IMG/VR virus record: IMGVR_UViG_3300042922_000636
Source of the DNA: an uncultured virus (IMG/VR IMGVR_UViG_3300042922_000636)
Taxonomy: Duplodnaviria; Heunggongvirae; Uroviricota; Caudoviricetes
Length of the DNA stretch: 20,000 nucleotides
Strand: one strand, 5' to 3'
A program made the translations under genes and the position numbers. The notes under the pieces are model-generated. The model was given only the letters and a program-made list of their open reading frames with translations, did no database searches and had not been told where the DNA came from. This document shows, in pieces, positions 1 to 7,434 of the stretch (position 1 is the first letter of the stretch; every line of letters starts with the position of its first letter).

Positions 1-789
1 CACCGACAGTTCCTCCCCGACTGGCGGGTGTGGAAGTTCCTCCTCGACGACAACCCCATGCTGTCGGAGGAACGGAAAGCCGCGATCCGTCGCGAGAACA
101 CGGGCCTGTACTACCGGCGCAACGTGCTCGGCGAGTGGGTTGCCGCTGAGGGGTCCATCTTCGACACGTTCGACCCGAAGCCCGGCGGCGCTCACGTCAT
201 CGCCTGGGCCGATCTCCCCCCGATCACGGAACTCATCGCGGTCGGCATCGACTACGGCGTCACGAACCCCACCGCTGGTCTCCTCCTCGGCATGACGGAG
301 GAGTACGACGAGTACGGGAACCTGACGCCGCGTCTCGCTGTCATCGACGAGTACTTCTTCGACTCGAAGATCGAACAGCGGAAGCTCGCACCGTCGGAGC
401 TCGCGCACGAGTTGAAGACGTGGCTCGCTGAACCCCACCTCCCGCCTGGTGCACCGAAGCTCACACCCCGGTACCTGATCCTCGACCCGTCAGCGACCGG
501 CCTGCGCGTCGAGATGGCGCAGCAGGGCATGAACTCCACGAACGCCGACAACGAGGTCCTGTACGGCATCCGGACCCTGTCGTCACTCGTCGCCGGGAAC
601 CGTGTGGTCATCACCGACCGTTGCCCGAACCTAATCCGCGAACTCCCCGGTTACTCGTGGGACCCGAAAGCCACACTCCGTGGCGAAGACAAGCCCATGA
701 AGGTCAACGACCACGCGACGGACGCGTTCCGGTACGCGGTCGTGACCACCGAATCGATCTGGCGTCACCACGTGAAGCTGGCGGCCTGA
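1..789 (+). CDS. terL: Terminase large subunit, C-terminal nuclease half (5' end outside window)
   Basis: Frame is open from base 1 (HRQFLPDWRVWKFLLDDNP...). Motifs DNP.L, RRNVLGEW..AEG.IF, GIDYG..NPT, DPSA and NDH..DA.RY are typical of PBSX/Terminase_6-type large subunits; gene lies directly upstream of the portal. Confidence 0.93.
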   Translation, partial: HRQFLPDWRVWKFLLDDNPMLSEERKAAIRRENTGLYYRRNVLGEWVAAEGSIFDTFDPKPGGAHVIAWADLPPITELIAVGIDYGVTNPTAGLLLGMTEEYDEYGNLTPRLAVIDEYFFDSKIEQRKLAPSELAHELKTWLAEPHLPPGAPKLTPRYLILDPSATGLRVEMAQQGMNSTNADNEVLYGIRTLSSLVAGNRVVITDRCPNLIRELPGYSWDPKATLRGEDKPMKVNDHATDAFRYAVVTTESIWRHHVKLAA

Positions 790-802
790 GAGGACACATC
801 AC

Positions 803-2395
803 ATGCCCTCGACGCCCTGGCCTCCCGCACCGCACGATGTCGCCCTGGCTCAGTTCGAGACGTGGGATGGCCTGTACTCCGGTATCGGCCGGGCGCCGGG
901 TGTGTCCGCTGCGGCGACGCACGTGCACAACGGTGTCCCGCACACTGGCGGGCTCGTCGGTGCCGTGCAGCGCAGCGTGTTCGGTCGCCCCGTCGTCCCT
1001 GGTGAGAACCGCACGGACGTGCACATCCCGATCGCGGGCGACCTCGCACAGCTGTCGTCGGAGCTTCTGTTCGCAGAGGCCCCGAAGATCCTGCTGCCCG
1101 ACTGGGAGAAGACGAACAAGCAGGCTCAGGAACGCCTCGAGCTCATCGTCGCGTCCGACGAGGGCCACGCCGAACTCCTCCGCTCCGGTGAGTACGCGGC
1201 CGCGCACGGTGGCACGTACCTCGCTGTCGCGTGGGACTCGGAAGTCCGCGACCACGTCTGGTTCCGGTCCTACCGTGCCGACTGCGCGATCCCCGAGTTC
1301 CGGTACGGGATGCTGTTCGCCGTCACCGTGTGGACCGAGTACGAGGTCGGCGACAAGGTGTTCCGGCTGCTCGAGCGCCACAAGCCCGGGTCCATCACGT
1401 ACTCGCTGTGGCGCGGCTCGGAGAAGGAGAAGGGCGAGCAGGTCCCCGTCACCGATCTCCCCGACACGGCGCATTACGCGGACATCAGCCCGAAGATCGA
1501 CGCCGAACGCCTCCCCGAAGCTGCGCAGCTGGACATCGTCACCCCGACCGGTGTCGAGTGGCTGACGTGCGAGTACTACCCGAACATGCTCCCGAACCCC
1601 ATGTGGGACCGGGCCGGCACGCTCGCGAACCTCGGACGCTCCGACTACTACGGCATCGAGGAACTGTTCGAGACCGCTGACTTCCTCTGGTCCTCGCTGA
1701 TCCGCGATTTCGTCAACGGTCAGGGCCGCCTCGTCGTCCCCGAGTCGTACCTGACGGTCAGCGGCCCCGGTAAGGGCGCCGAGTTCGACATGTTCCGTCA
1801 GGTGTTCGCCGCGACCGGCGCGCTCGACAAGGGCGAGTCGAAGCCGATCGATCAGGTGCAGTTCGCGATCCGCGTCGAGGAGCACATCAAGGGCATCGAG
1901 GCCGTGAAACGTCAGGTCGCTCAGTCCGCCGGCTACTCGGTGTCGCACTTCGGTATCCACGACCAGATCACCCGCACGGCCACCGAGGTCACGGACGACA
2001 AGGCCGACTCGGAACGCACCCGCGACAAGAAGGCCCTGTACGTTCGGCCTGCCCTGTCGCGGCTCGCTCGGACCGCTCTCGCGATCGACGGCCTGCTGTT
2101 CCCCGGCAAGGGTGGCGCGACGATCGACGCTCTCCCGGAGGTCGTGTTCGCTGACGTGTCGCAGATCGACCCGGAGAAGAACGCTCGCACGATCCAGATG
2201 TTGGACGCCGCCCGCGCGGTCTCCACGGCGGTGAAGGTGCGGATGGCTCACCCCGACTGGGCTGAGAAGCAGATCGGCGACGAGGTCACGGACATCGAAC
2301 GTGAGCAGGGCATCCCGGCTCCTGAACCCACCACGTTCACCGGAGAGGCCCCAGCGCCGGCAGAACCCGTTCCCGCCGCGGACGCCGATGAGTGA
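803..2395 (+). CDS. Portal protein (SPP1 gp6/A118-like)
   Basis: 530 aa, SD GAGAGGA upstream, directly after terminase. Motifs H.PIAGDLAQLSSELLFAE.P, GRSDY.GIE.LF...D..WS, GYS..HFG and RTATEV resemble A118/SPP1-type portals. Confidence 0.9.
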   Translation: MPSTPWPPAPHDVALAQFETWDGLYSGIGRAPGVSAAATHVHNGVPHTGGLVGAVQRSVFGRPVVPGENRTDVHIPIAGDLAQLSSELLFAEAPKILLPDWEKTNKQAQERLELIVASDEGHAELLRSGEYAAAHGGTYLAVAWDSEVRDHVWFRSYRADCAIPEFRYGMLFAVTVWTEYEVGDKVFRLLERHKPGSITYSLWRGSEKEKGEQVPVTDLPDTAHYADISPKIDAERLPEAAQLDIVTPTGVEWLTCEYYPNMLPNPMWDRAGTLANLGRSDYYGIEELFETADFLWSSLIRDFVNGQGRLVVPESYLTVSGPGKGAEFDMFRQVFAATGALDKGESKPIDQVQFAIRVEEHIKGIEAVKRQVAQSAGYSVSHFGIHDQITRTATEVTDDKADSERTRDKKALYVRPALSRLARTALAIDGLLFPGKGGATIDALPEVVFADVSQIDPEKNARTIQMLDAARAVSTAVKVRMAHPDWAEKQIGDEVTDIEREQGIPAPEPTTFTGEAPAPAEPVPAADADE

Positions 2396-2507
2396 CACCG
2401 ACATCATCGAGGTCCACTGCGAATGGTGCGGGAAGCTCCTCTGGATCCGTCGTGTCGGTGTGACCGTCTGCTCATGCGGTGTCCGGCATACGTTCGTGCC
2501 CAGCTGA
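2388..2507 (+). CDS. Small zinc-ribbon protein, Com-like (39 aa)
   Basis: ATG overlaps the portal stop (ATGAGTGA). MSDTDIIEVHCEWCGKLLWIRRVGVTVCSCGVRHTFVPS has CxxC...CxC and fills the portal/minor capsid gap exactly. Confidence 0.6.
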   Translation: MSDTDIIEVHCEWCGKLLWIRRVGVTVCSCGVRHTFVPS

Positions 2508-2521
2508 GCAGGGGGTGACCC

Positions 2522-3766
2522 GTGGCGCTATACGTCCCGGACCCTGAACGCACCATCGAGGACCTCGTCGAAGACCTCGCCGCGGAACTCGCAGACCGGT
2601 ACCGGGAAGCGGAAGACGAACTGATCCGTCAGGTCGCGATCCGCGCCGTCCGTGACATGGCGCTGTCGAACGAACTCCCCACTGCGGGCGACGTGCTCAC
2701 GCTCGAGCAGCTGCGCCGACAGAACCGGGTCCTCGCCGAGCTCGCCGCGCACCGTGCGCGTGCGACTCGGGAACTCACCACGCTCGCCGTGCAGATCGCG
2801 TCGAAGCTGCGCCCGCAGGAAGAAGCCGCCCGGCTAGTCCACGCGGCCGCAGCGGAGGGTGAAGCGTCGGCGGCGGCACGGCTCGGGTTCGCCCGGCGCC
2901 CGCCCGTCGGCAACGTCGGCATCCCGCTCATCGGTGGTGCGGCGTCGGTGTCGTCGACCACGCTTACCGGCACGGCCACGCAAGCGGTCGCAGCCCTGGT
3001 CCTGAACCTGCAGTCTCGGCTCGAGGTGCTGCAGCAGCGCATCACCCGGTACCCGCAGGACGCCTACCAGCGCATCGTTTCCCTCTACTCCCCGAACACG
3101 CTCCTCGGCATCACGACGTCGCGGGAGATGCAGGCGCGGGCCGTGCAACGGTTCCTCGCTGAGGGCATCACCGGGTTCGTGGACCAGGCGAGCCGACGGT
3201 GGACGATCGGCGCGTACGCCGAGATGGCAGGCCGCACATCAGTCGCACGGGCGTACAACGACGCCGGCGTATGGCGAATGCGGCAGTCGGGCCTCAACCT
3301 CGGCACAATCACCGGATCCCTCGACGCCTGCAAACGCTGCGCACCGTGGATCGGGAAGATCGTGTCCCTCGACGGCACACCCGCCGGCGACGCCACCGTC
3401 CCGCACGCGACCCTCAACCAGTCGGTCACCGTGCATGTCGAAGGAACACTCGACGAGGCGCGCGCTGCGGGCTGGGGTCACCCGAACGACCGGTGCAAGG
3501 TCGTCTCGTACGCTCCCGGCCTCGCGATCCCGCAGGCCGACTTCGAGTACAACGAGCGGGCCGAGAAGCAACGCGCCGAACAGCGCCGCCTCGAACGCGA
3601 ACTGCGCGCCGCCCGCCGCCGCGAAGTGTCCGCGATGAACGACACCGACCGCCGGAAAGCAGCAGGCGCGGTCCGTGACGCACAAGCCGAGCTCCGCGAG
3701 TTCACCCGCGACACCGGCCGACGCCGCGACTACGCACGCGAACAGCTGCGGTTCGCCGACGGCTGA
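2522..3766 (+). CDS. Phage minor capsid protein (Phage_min_cap2/MuF-related)
   Basis: 414 aa after portal. Motifs GITGFVD...RRW....YAEM..RT, C..C.PW.GK..S, HPN.RC and C-terminal QR.LER..R..RR...RR..REQ fit this family. Confidence 0.85.
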   Translation: MALYVPDPERTIEDLVEDLAAELADRYREAEDELIRQVAIRAVRDMALSNELPTAGDVLTLEQLRRQNRVLAELAAHRARATRELTTLAVQIASKLRPQEEAARLVHAAAAEGEASAAARLGFARRPPVGNVGIPLIGGAASVSSTTLTGTATQAVAALVLNLQSRLEVLQQRITRYPQDAYQRIVSLYSPNTLLGITTSREMQARAVQRFLAEGITGFVDQASRRWTIGAYAEMAGRTSVARAYNDAGVWRMRQSGLNLGTITGSLDACKRCAPWIGKIVSLDGTPAGDATVPHATLNQSVTVHVEGTLDEARAAGWGHPNDRCKVVSYAPGLAIPQADFEYNERAEKQRAEQRRLERELRAARRREVSAMNDTDRRKAAGAVRDAQAELREFTRDTGRRRDYAREQLRFADG

Positions 3767-3800
3767 TAAGCCCACGGCTGATCTCTCGCCGATATAAGCC

Positions 3801-3908
3801 CCTCGCCGCGGCCGGCCCTGCACGTCACCGCGGCGAGGCCCCCACGTTCCAGCGCAGGGCTGGACGGACGCCAGGCGCGTCACCCTCAGGAACCCAGGAG
3901 GCTCCACC
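3801..3908 (+). promoter_or_regulatory. Structured 5' leader of scaffold gene (hairpins/pseudoknot, SD in a hairpin)
   Basis: Perfect 11-bp inverted repeat 3801-3811/3828-3838; its loop (3812-3821) is complementary to 3854-3863; further small hairpins with CAGG-containing loops, the last overlapping the SD AGGAGG (3896-3901). Confidence 0.5.
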
Positions 3909-4541
3909 ATGACCGACCCCATCGACCCGCCCGTCGATCCCACGCCCGCACCGCCCGCACCCGCTGGTACGCCGCCGTGGGGCAACGATCCGTCGAAGTA
4001 CGACCCCGACACCGCCGCTCGCTTGATCGAGAACCTCCGGGCCGACAAGGCCACCGCCGATCAGCGTGAGAAAGACGCTGTCGCCGCAGCCGTGCGGAAC
4101 GCGCAGGCCGACCTCGCGAAGACCGTCGGCAAGTCCCTCGGCCTCGTCGCCGACGACGCACCCGCCAGCGCCGAAGAACTGACCGCGTCGATCCGCGAGA
4201 AGGACGACACGATCGCCGCGCAGGCCACCCAGATCCAGGAGCTCACCGCAACGAACGCGGTCCTCCGCTTCGCCGACAAGCTCAACGCGAGCATCGACGA
4301 ACTCACCGACTCCAGCAGCTTCCAGCGGAAGCTTCTGGCCCTCGACACCAGCGCCACCGACTACGACTCCCAGGTGGAGTCCCTCGTCAAGGACGCCGTC
4401 GACAAGAACCCCCGCTTCCGCAAGACCCAGGTGGCCTCCCGGAGCGGCGGAGCAACACCCCCCAGTGGAGGTACGCCGTCCGGCGACCCCGAAGACATCG
4501 ACGCGATCCGCAAGAAGCGCGCCGAAGAGAAGCGCTCGTAA
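3909..4541 (+). CDS. Capsid scaffolding protein
   Basis: 210 aa, Pro-rich N-terminus, PPW..D...YDP..A..LI.NLR motif, helical coiled-coil middle, Gly-rich then basic C-terminus; strong SD; immediately upstream of the capsid gene. Confidence 0.85.
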   Translation: MTDPIDPPVDPTPAPPAPAGTPPWGNDPSKYDPDTAARLIENLRADKATADQREKDAVAAAVRNAQADLAKTVGKSLGLVADDAPASAEELTASIREKDDTIAAQATQIQELTATNAVLRFADKLNASIDELTDSSSFQRKLLALDTSATDYDSQVESLVKDAVDKNPRFRKTQVASRSGGATPPSGGTPSGDPEDIDAIRKKRAEEKRS

Positions 4542-4559
4542 GGGCGCAGAGAGGCCACC

Positions 4560-5477
4560 ATGGTCAACGCATTCATCACGCCCGACGTCATCGCGCGTCG
4601 TGCCCTCGCAGCGCTGTACGACCAGCTGGACGTCATGCCGCTGTACCACACCGACCTCACACAGGAGTTCACCTCCCAGAAGGTCGGCGACACCATCAAC
4701 GTGCGCAAGCCCGCGACGTTCGAGGCGAAGATCTTTAACCGTGCGAACGGGATCGAGCTGCAGGACGTCGAGGAAGACACGATCCCGGTGAAGCTCGACA
4801 AGATCGCGGATGTCTCGTTCGCGGTCACCGCCGAGGACCTCACGCTCGAGATCGGCGCGTTCGACGAGCAGCTGATCACCCCGGCCACGCAGGCCCTCGC
4901 GAAGCACGTCAACGTCGCAGCCCTGTCGCTGCGCGGCGACATCACCCAGTCCGTCGGTGTCGCTGGCACCGGCAAGGCCGGCTGGGACACCCCCGAGGTC
5001 CTCGCCGACGCCGGCATGATCCTCGACACGCACGACGTGCCGCTCCAGGATCGCGCCGCGATCATCGGACCGCGCATGTACAACGCGTGGCTCAAGAACG
5101 AGCTCATCAAGCAGGCCGACAAGTCCGGTTCCACCGCGGCGCTCCGTCAGGGGTCCGTCGGCCGCGACGTGTTCGGCTTCGAGACGTTCAAGTCGAACCT
5201 GATCGAGGGTCCCGCCGCCAACCCGGCGACCGGTCAGCCCACCACCGAGGTCGGCATGGCGTTCCACAAGAGCGCCTTCGCCTACGCGTCGGCTCCCCTC
5301 GCGGTCAGCCCCGGCTCGAACGGTGCGGTGGTCTCGTACCGCGGCATCTCGATCCGCGTGGTCTACGACTACGACATCAAGTACAAGCAGACCGTCGTCT
5401 CCCTCGACACGCTGTACGGCGTGAAGACGCTCGACCCGAACCGGGCCGTGCTCATCAAGGGCGCGAACAAGGCCTGA
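4560..5477 (+). CDS. Major capsid protein, P22 coat (gp5)-like family
   Basis: 305 aa. N-terminal N.FITPDVIAR.AL..L, GDTINVRKP, R.AIIGP, G.VFGF..F.SN and C-terminal SLDTLYG.K.LDP motifs; very strong GC3 codon bias. Confidence 0.9.
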   Translation: MVNAFITPDVIARRALAALYDQLDVMPLYHTDLTQEFTSQKVGDTINVRKPATFEAKIFNRANGIELQDVEEDTIPVKLDKIADVSFAVTAEDLTLEIGAFDEQLITPATQALAKHVNVAALSLRGDITQSVGVAGTGKAGWDTPEVLADAGMILDTHDVPLQDRAAIIGPRMYNAWLKNELIKQADKSGSTAALRQGSVGRDVFGFETFKSNLIEGPAANPATGQPTTEVGMAFHKSAFAYASAPLAVSPGSNGAVVSYRGISIRVVYDYDIKYKQTVVSLDTLYGVKTLDPNRAVLIKGANKA

Positions 5478-5479
5478 TC

Positions 5480-5632
5480 GTGGCTGTGAAGTCGAAGGCG
5501 AAGACGTCGCGTACCGCGAAGGACGCACCGTCGTCGTCGGAGGGCAAGTTCCCTCCGGTCGACAACGGGCCGTCCACGGAGGGCAAGGAGCAGTCCTTCC
5601 CGAAGCCGGGGACCCCGGCGCCCAAGGAGTAA
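5480..5632 (+). CDS. Small Lys/Pro/Ser-rich hypothetical protein (50 aa)
   Basis: GTG 2 nt after the capsid stop, AAGG upstream, phage-like codon usage. MAVKSKAKTSRTAKDAPSSSEGKFPPVDNGPSTEGKEQSFPKPGTPAPKE. Confidence 0.65.
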   Translation: MAVKSKAKTSRTAKDAPSSSEGKFPPVDNGPSTEGKEQSFPKPGTPAPKE

Positions 5633-5636
5633 CCCA

Positions 5637-5675
5637 GTGGCCCCGCCAGGCTGAGCAATCGTCTGGCGGGGCTGC
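5637..5675 (+). other. Long RNA hairpin capped by a GCAA tetraloop, no U-tract
   Basis: 5637-5651 pairs with 5661-5675 (15 bp, 3 G-U), bulged T5652, then GA-[GCAA]-TC. The G-U pairs favour the + strand RNA. Confidence 0.65.
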
Positions 5676-5680
5676 ACCAA

Positions 5681-5753
5681 TGCCGCGTAGCTCAGCAGGC
5701 AGAGCGCCCGACTGTTAATCGGGAGCGCGCTGGTTCGACCCCAGCCGCGGCAG
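5681..5753 (+). tRNA. trnN: tRNA-Asn (anticodon GTT), CCA not encoded
   Basis: Full cloverleaf: acceptor TGCCGCG/CGCGGCA, T8A9, D-stem GCTC/GAGC with GG in loop, anticodon stem CCCGA/TCGGG with loop CTGTTAA, T-arm GCTGG-TTCGACC-CCAGC, discriminator G; followed by CAA. Confidence 0.93.
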
Positions 5754-5774
5754 CAACGACCCCCAGGAGGCATC

Positions 5775-6299
5775 ATGCGCATCATCCACCCGCGTCCCGA
5801 ACTGGGCCGTCAGACCATGTTCGACGTCGACTTCATCGACGGTGTCGCGAACGTCGACTCGCTGCACCCCGAACGTGAGCTCGCGTTCCGTCAGCACGGC
5901 TTCGCCATCGAGGCGGATCTGGGTGTGGAGGCACCGTTCCAGGAGGATCTCGGCGAGCCGATCGTCGATCTCGCGGCGCTCACGAAGACGCAGCTGCGCG
6001 ACATGCTCCCCGAGGACGCCGACATCTCCGCCCGGGCGAGCAAGGCCGACCTGATCGACGCCGTGTCCCGGCAGCCCGCCGAACCGATCCCCGGCAGCAT
6101 CGAGATCGGGCAGGGCGTGTTCATCGGCACCGCCACGGACAACATCGCGCCCGGGGGCCTCGTCCTCGGCGACGTGGCCGCGTTCGCCGAGCCGGACGCG
6201 GTCGGCGAGGCTTACGTCCCGACCAGCGACGAGATCTCCGCCCGCAACGCCGCGATCGTCGCCGACATGGCCGCCGAACCGCCCGCGTCGGAGTCCTGA
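5775..6299 (+). CDS. Acidic head-region hypothetical protein with a Rho-N/SAP-like helix-extension-helix segment
   Basis: 174 aa, SD AGGAGG. Segment DLAALTKTQLRDML......SARASKADLIDAV fits the L..LT..QL......K.DLI pattern. Confidence 0.7.
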   Translation: MRIIHPRPELGRQTMFDVDFIDGVANVDSLHPERELAFRQHGFAIEADLGVEAPFQEDLGEPIVDLAALTKTQLRDMLPEDADISARASKADLIDAVSRQPAEPIPGSIEIGQGVFIGTATDNIAPGGLVLGDVAAFAEPDAVGEAYVPTSDEISARNAAIVADMAAEPPASES

Positions 6300-6718
6300 T
6301 GCCACAGCGCGTCTACGCCACCGCCGGCCAGTACGACGAGTTCGCAGAGGAACCCTGGGGCGGAACACCCGAACTCCTCGAGAAGCGTCTCCGGGCCGCA
6401 TCCATCGAGGTCGAGAAGCTCCTCCGCACCGCCGTGTACGCCACCGACGACGACGGGTACCCGCTCGACGCCGACACCGGCGACGTGTTCGCTGAGGCGA
6501 CGTGCGCGGTCGTGGAGTACTGGCAGTTCACCGACGACCCGTACGGCGTCGAGGCCACGCAGGGCGCCGTGAAGATCGGGTCCGTGTCCCTCGGTACCAC
6601 TTCATCCGGTGCGGACAACTCGTCCGCCCGCGAGAAGCTCGCCCGCCGCATCGGCGAGAAGGCGATCGACATCCTCACGAACGCCGGCTTCATCGGCTAC
6701 AGCGTCTCCCACACGTAG
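6299..6718 (+). CDS. Head-to-tail adaptor
   Basis: 139 aa, TGATG-coupled. YAT...Y, L..AS..VE, ATCAVVEYW, VKIGSVS and A..IL..AG motifs plus position. Confidence 0.8.
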   Translation: MPQRVYATAGQYDEFAEEPWGGTPELLEKRLRAASIEVEKLLRTAVYATDDDGYPLDADTGDVFAEATCAVVEYWQFTDDPYGVEATQGAVKIGSVSLGTTSSGADNSSAREKLARRIGEKAIDILTNAGFIGYSVSHT

Positions 6719-6726
6719 GAGGAACC

Positions 6727-7071
6727 GTGGCCCGCCTCCGCGCGAAGCACCTGCAGCACCGGGTCGACATCCAGCCCCTCAAGGGTGAAGGCGCAGAGGG
6801 CGACATCTGGGACAACGTCCGCGCCGATCGGCCGGCGTACGTTGAGCAGAAGTCCCGCCTCGTCGTCGACCGCCGCTCCACCTCCCCCACGTTCGGCCAG
6901 GAGGTCACCGCGCGGTCGTTCGTGGTGCTGCTGCCCGAGGATGACACCCTCCCACGCTCCCGGGTGACGGTTTGGAAGGGAACGTCCCGGGCACGCACGT
7001 CCGAGGTGATCGACTCCGCGTACTTCGAGTACAAGGGCACCCCGTCCCACGTCGAGCTCTACCTCGAGTAG
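6727..7071 (+). CDS. Head-to-tail stopper / head closure protein
   Basis: GTG at 6727 with SD AGGAGG (track start 6502 overlaps the upstream gene); 114 aa beta-rich, RLVVD...G.EV, P.S.VTV and C-terminal HVELYLE. Confidence 0.75.
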   Translation: MARLRAKHLQHRVDIQPLKGEGAEGDIWDNVRADRPAYVEQKSRLVVDRRSTSPTFGQEVTARSFVVLLPEDDTLPRSRVTVWKGTSRARTSEVIDSAYFEYKGTPSHVELYLE

Positions 7072-7080
7072 GAGGCCACC

Positions 7081-7434
7081 GTGGGTGTTCGCGCGACCGT
7101 CTCCATGAGCAACAACGTCGACCGCTCCACAGGCGAGATCCTCGAGGGTCTCGTGCGGGGCGAAACCCTCGCCGCCGAACGTCTCCTCACGCTGTCTGCC
7201 GCGGTCGCCCCGTTCGACATCGGAACGCTCGTCGGGTCCGGGCAGGTCGAACCCGCTACGGACGCCGAAGAGGGCTCCGCGGTCGTCTACGACACCCCGT
7301 ACGCCGCACGCCTCCACGAGCACCCGGAGTTCAACTTCCAGGGCGGCCGGCAGGGGAAGTACGTCGAGGAGCCCGCAGTGCAGAACCGCAAGGAGCTCGG
7401 CGACATCATCCGCAAGGAGGCGCGCGGTGGCTGA
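7081..7434 (+). CDS. Neck / tail completion protein (HK97 gp10-like)
   Basis: 117 aa. P.D.GTL..SG, V.YDTPYA.RLHE and G...KY.E.P motifs. Confidence 0.8.
   Translation: MGVRATVSMSNNVDRSTGEILEGLVRGETLAAERLLTLSAAVAPFDIGTLVGSGQVEPATDAEEGSAVVYDTPYAARLHEHPEFNFQGGRQGKYVEEPAVQNRKELGDIIRKEARGG

Noticed and set aside
3540..3766. MuF polymorphic toxin extension on the minor capsid protein
   Set aside because: The C-terminus is the ordinary Arg-rich helical end; no toxin domain or immunity gene follows.
3761..3865. Self-cleaving ribozyme (hammerhead from CTGATAAG, or HDV/theta-like from the pseudoknot)
   Set aside because: No CUGANGA/GAAA core and no P3/P1.1 element between the stems; only a simple pseudoknot or hairpins are supported.
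5637..5680. Classical intrinsic terminator after the capsid gene
   Set aside because: No U-tract follows the hairpin (ACCAA then tRNA); kept as a structural element, though U-less termination in actinobacteria cannot be excluded.
5681..5753. tRNA as a prophage attachment site
   Set aside because: Phage structural genes continue in normal order on both sides; no integrase or duplicated tRNA 3' end in the window.
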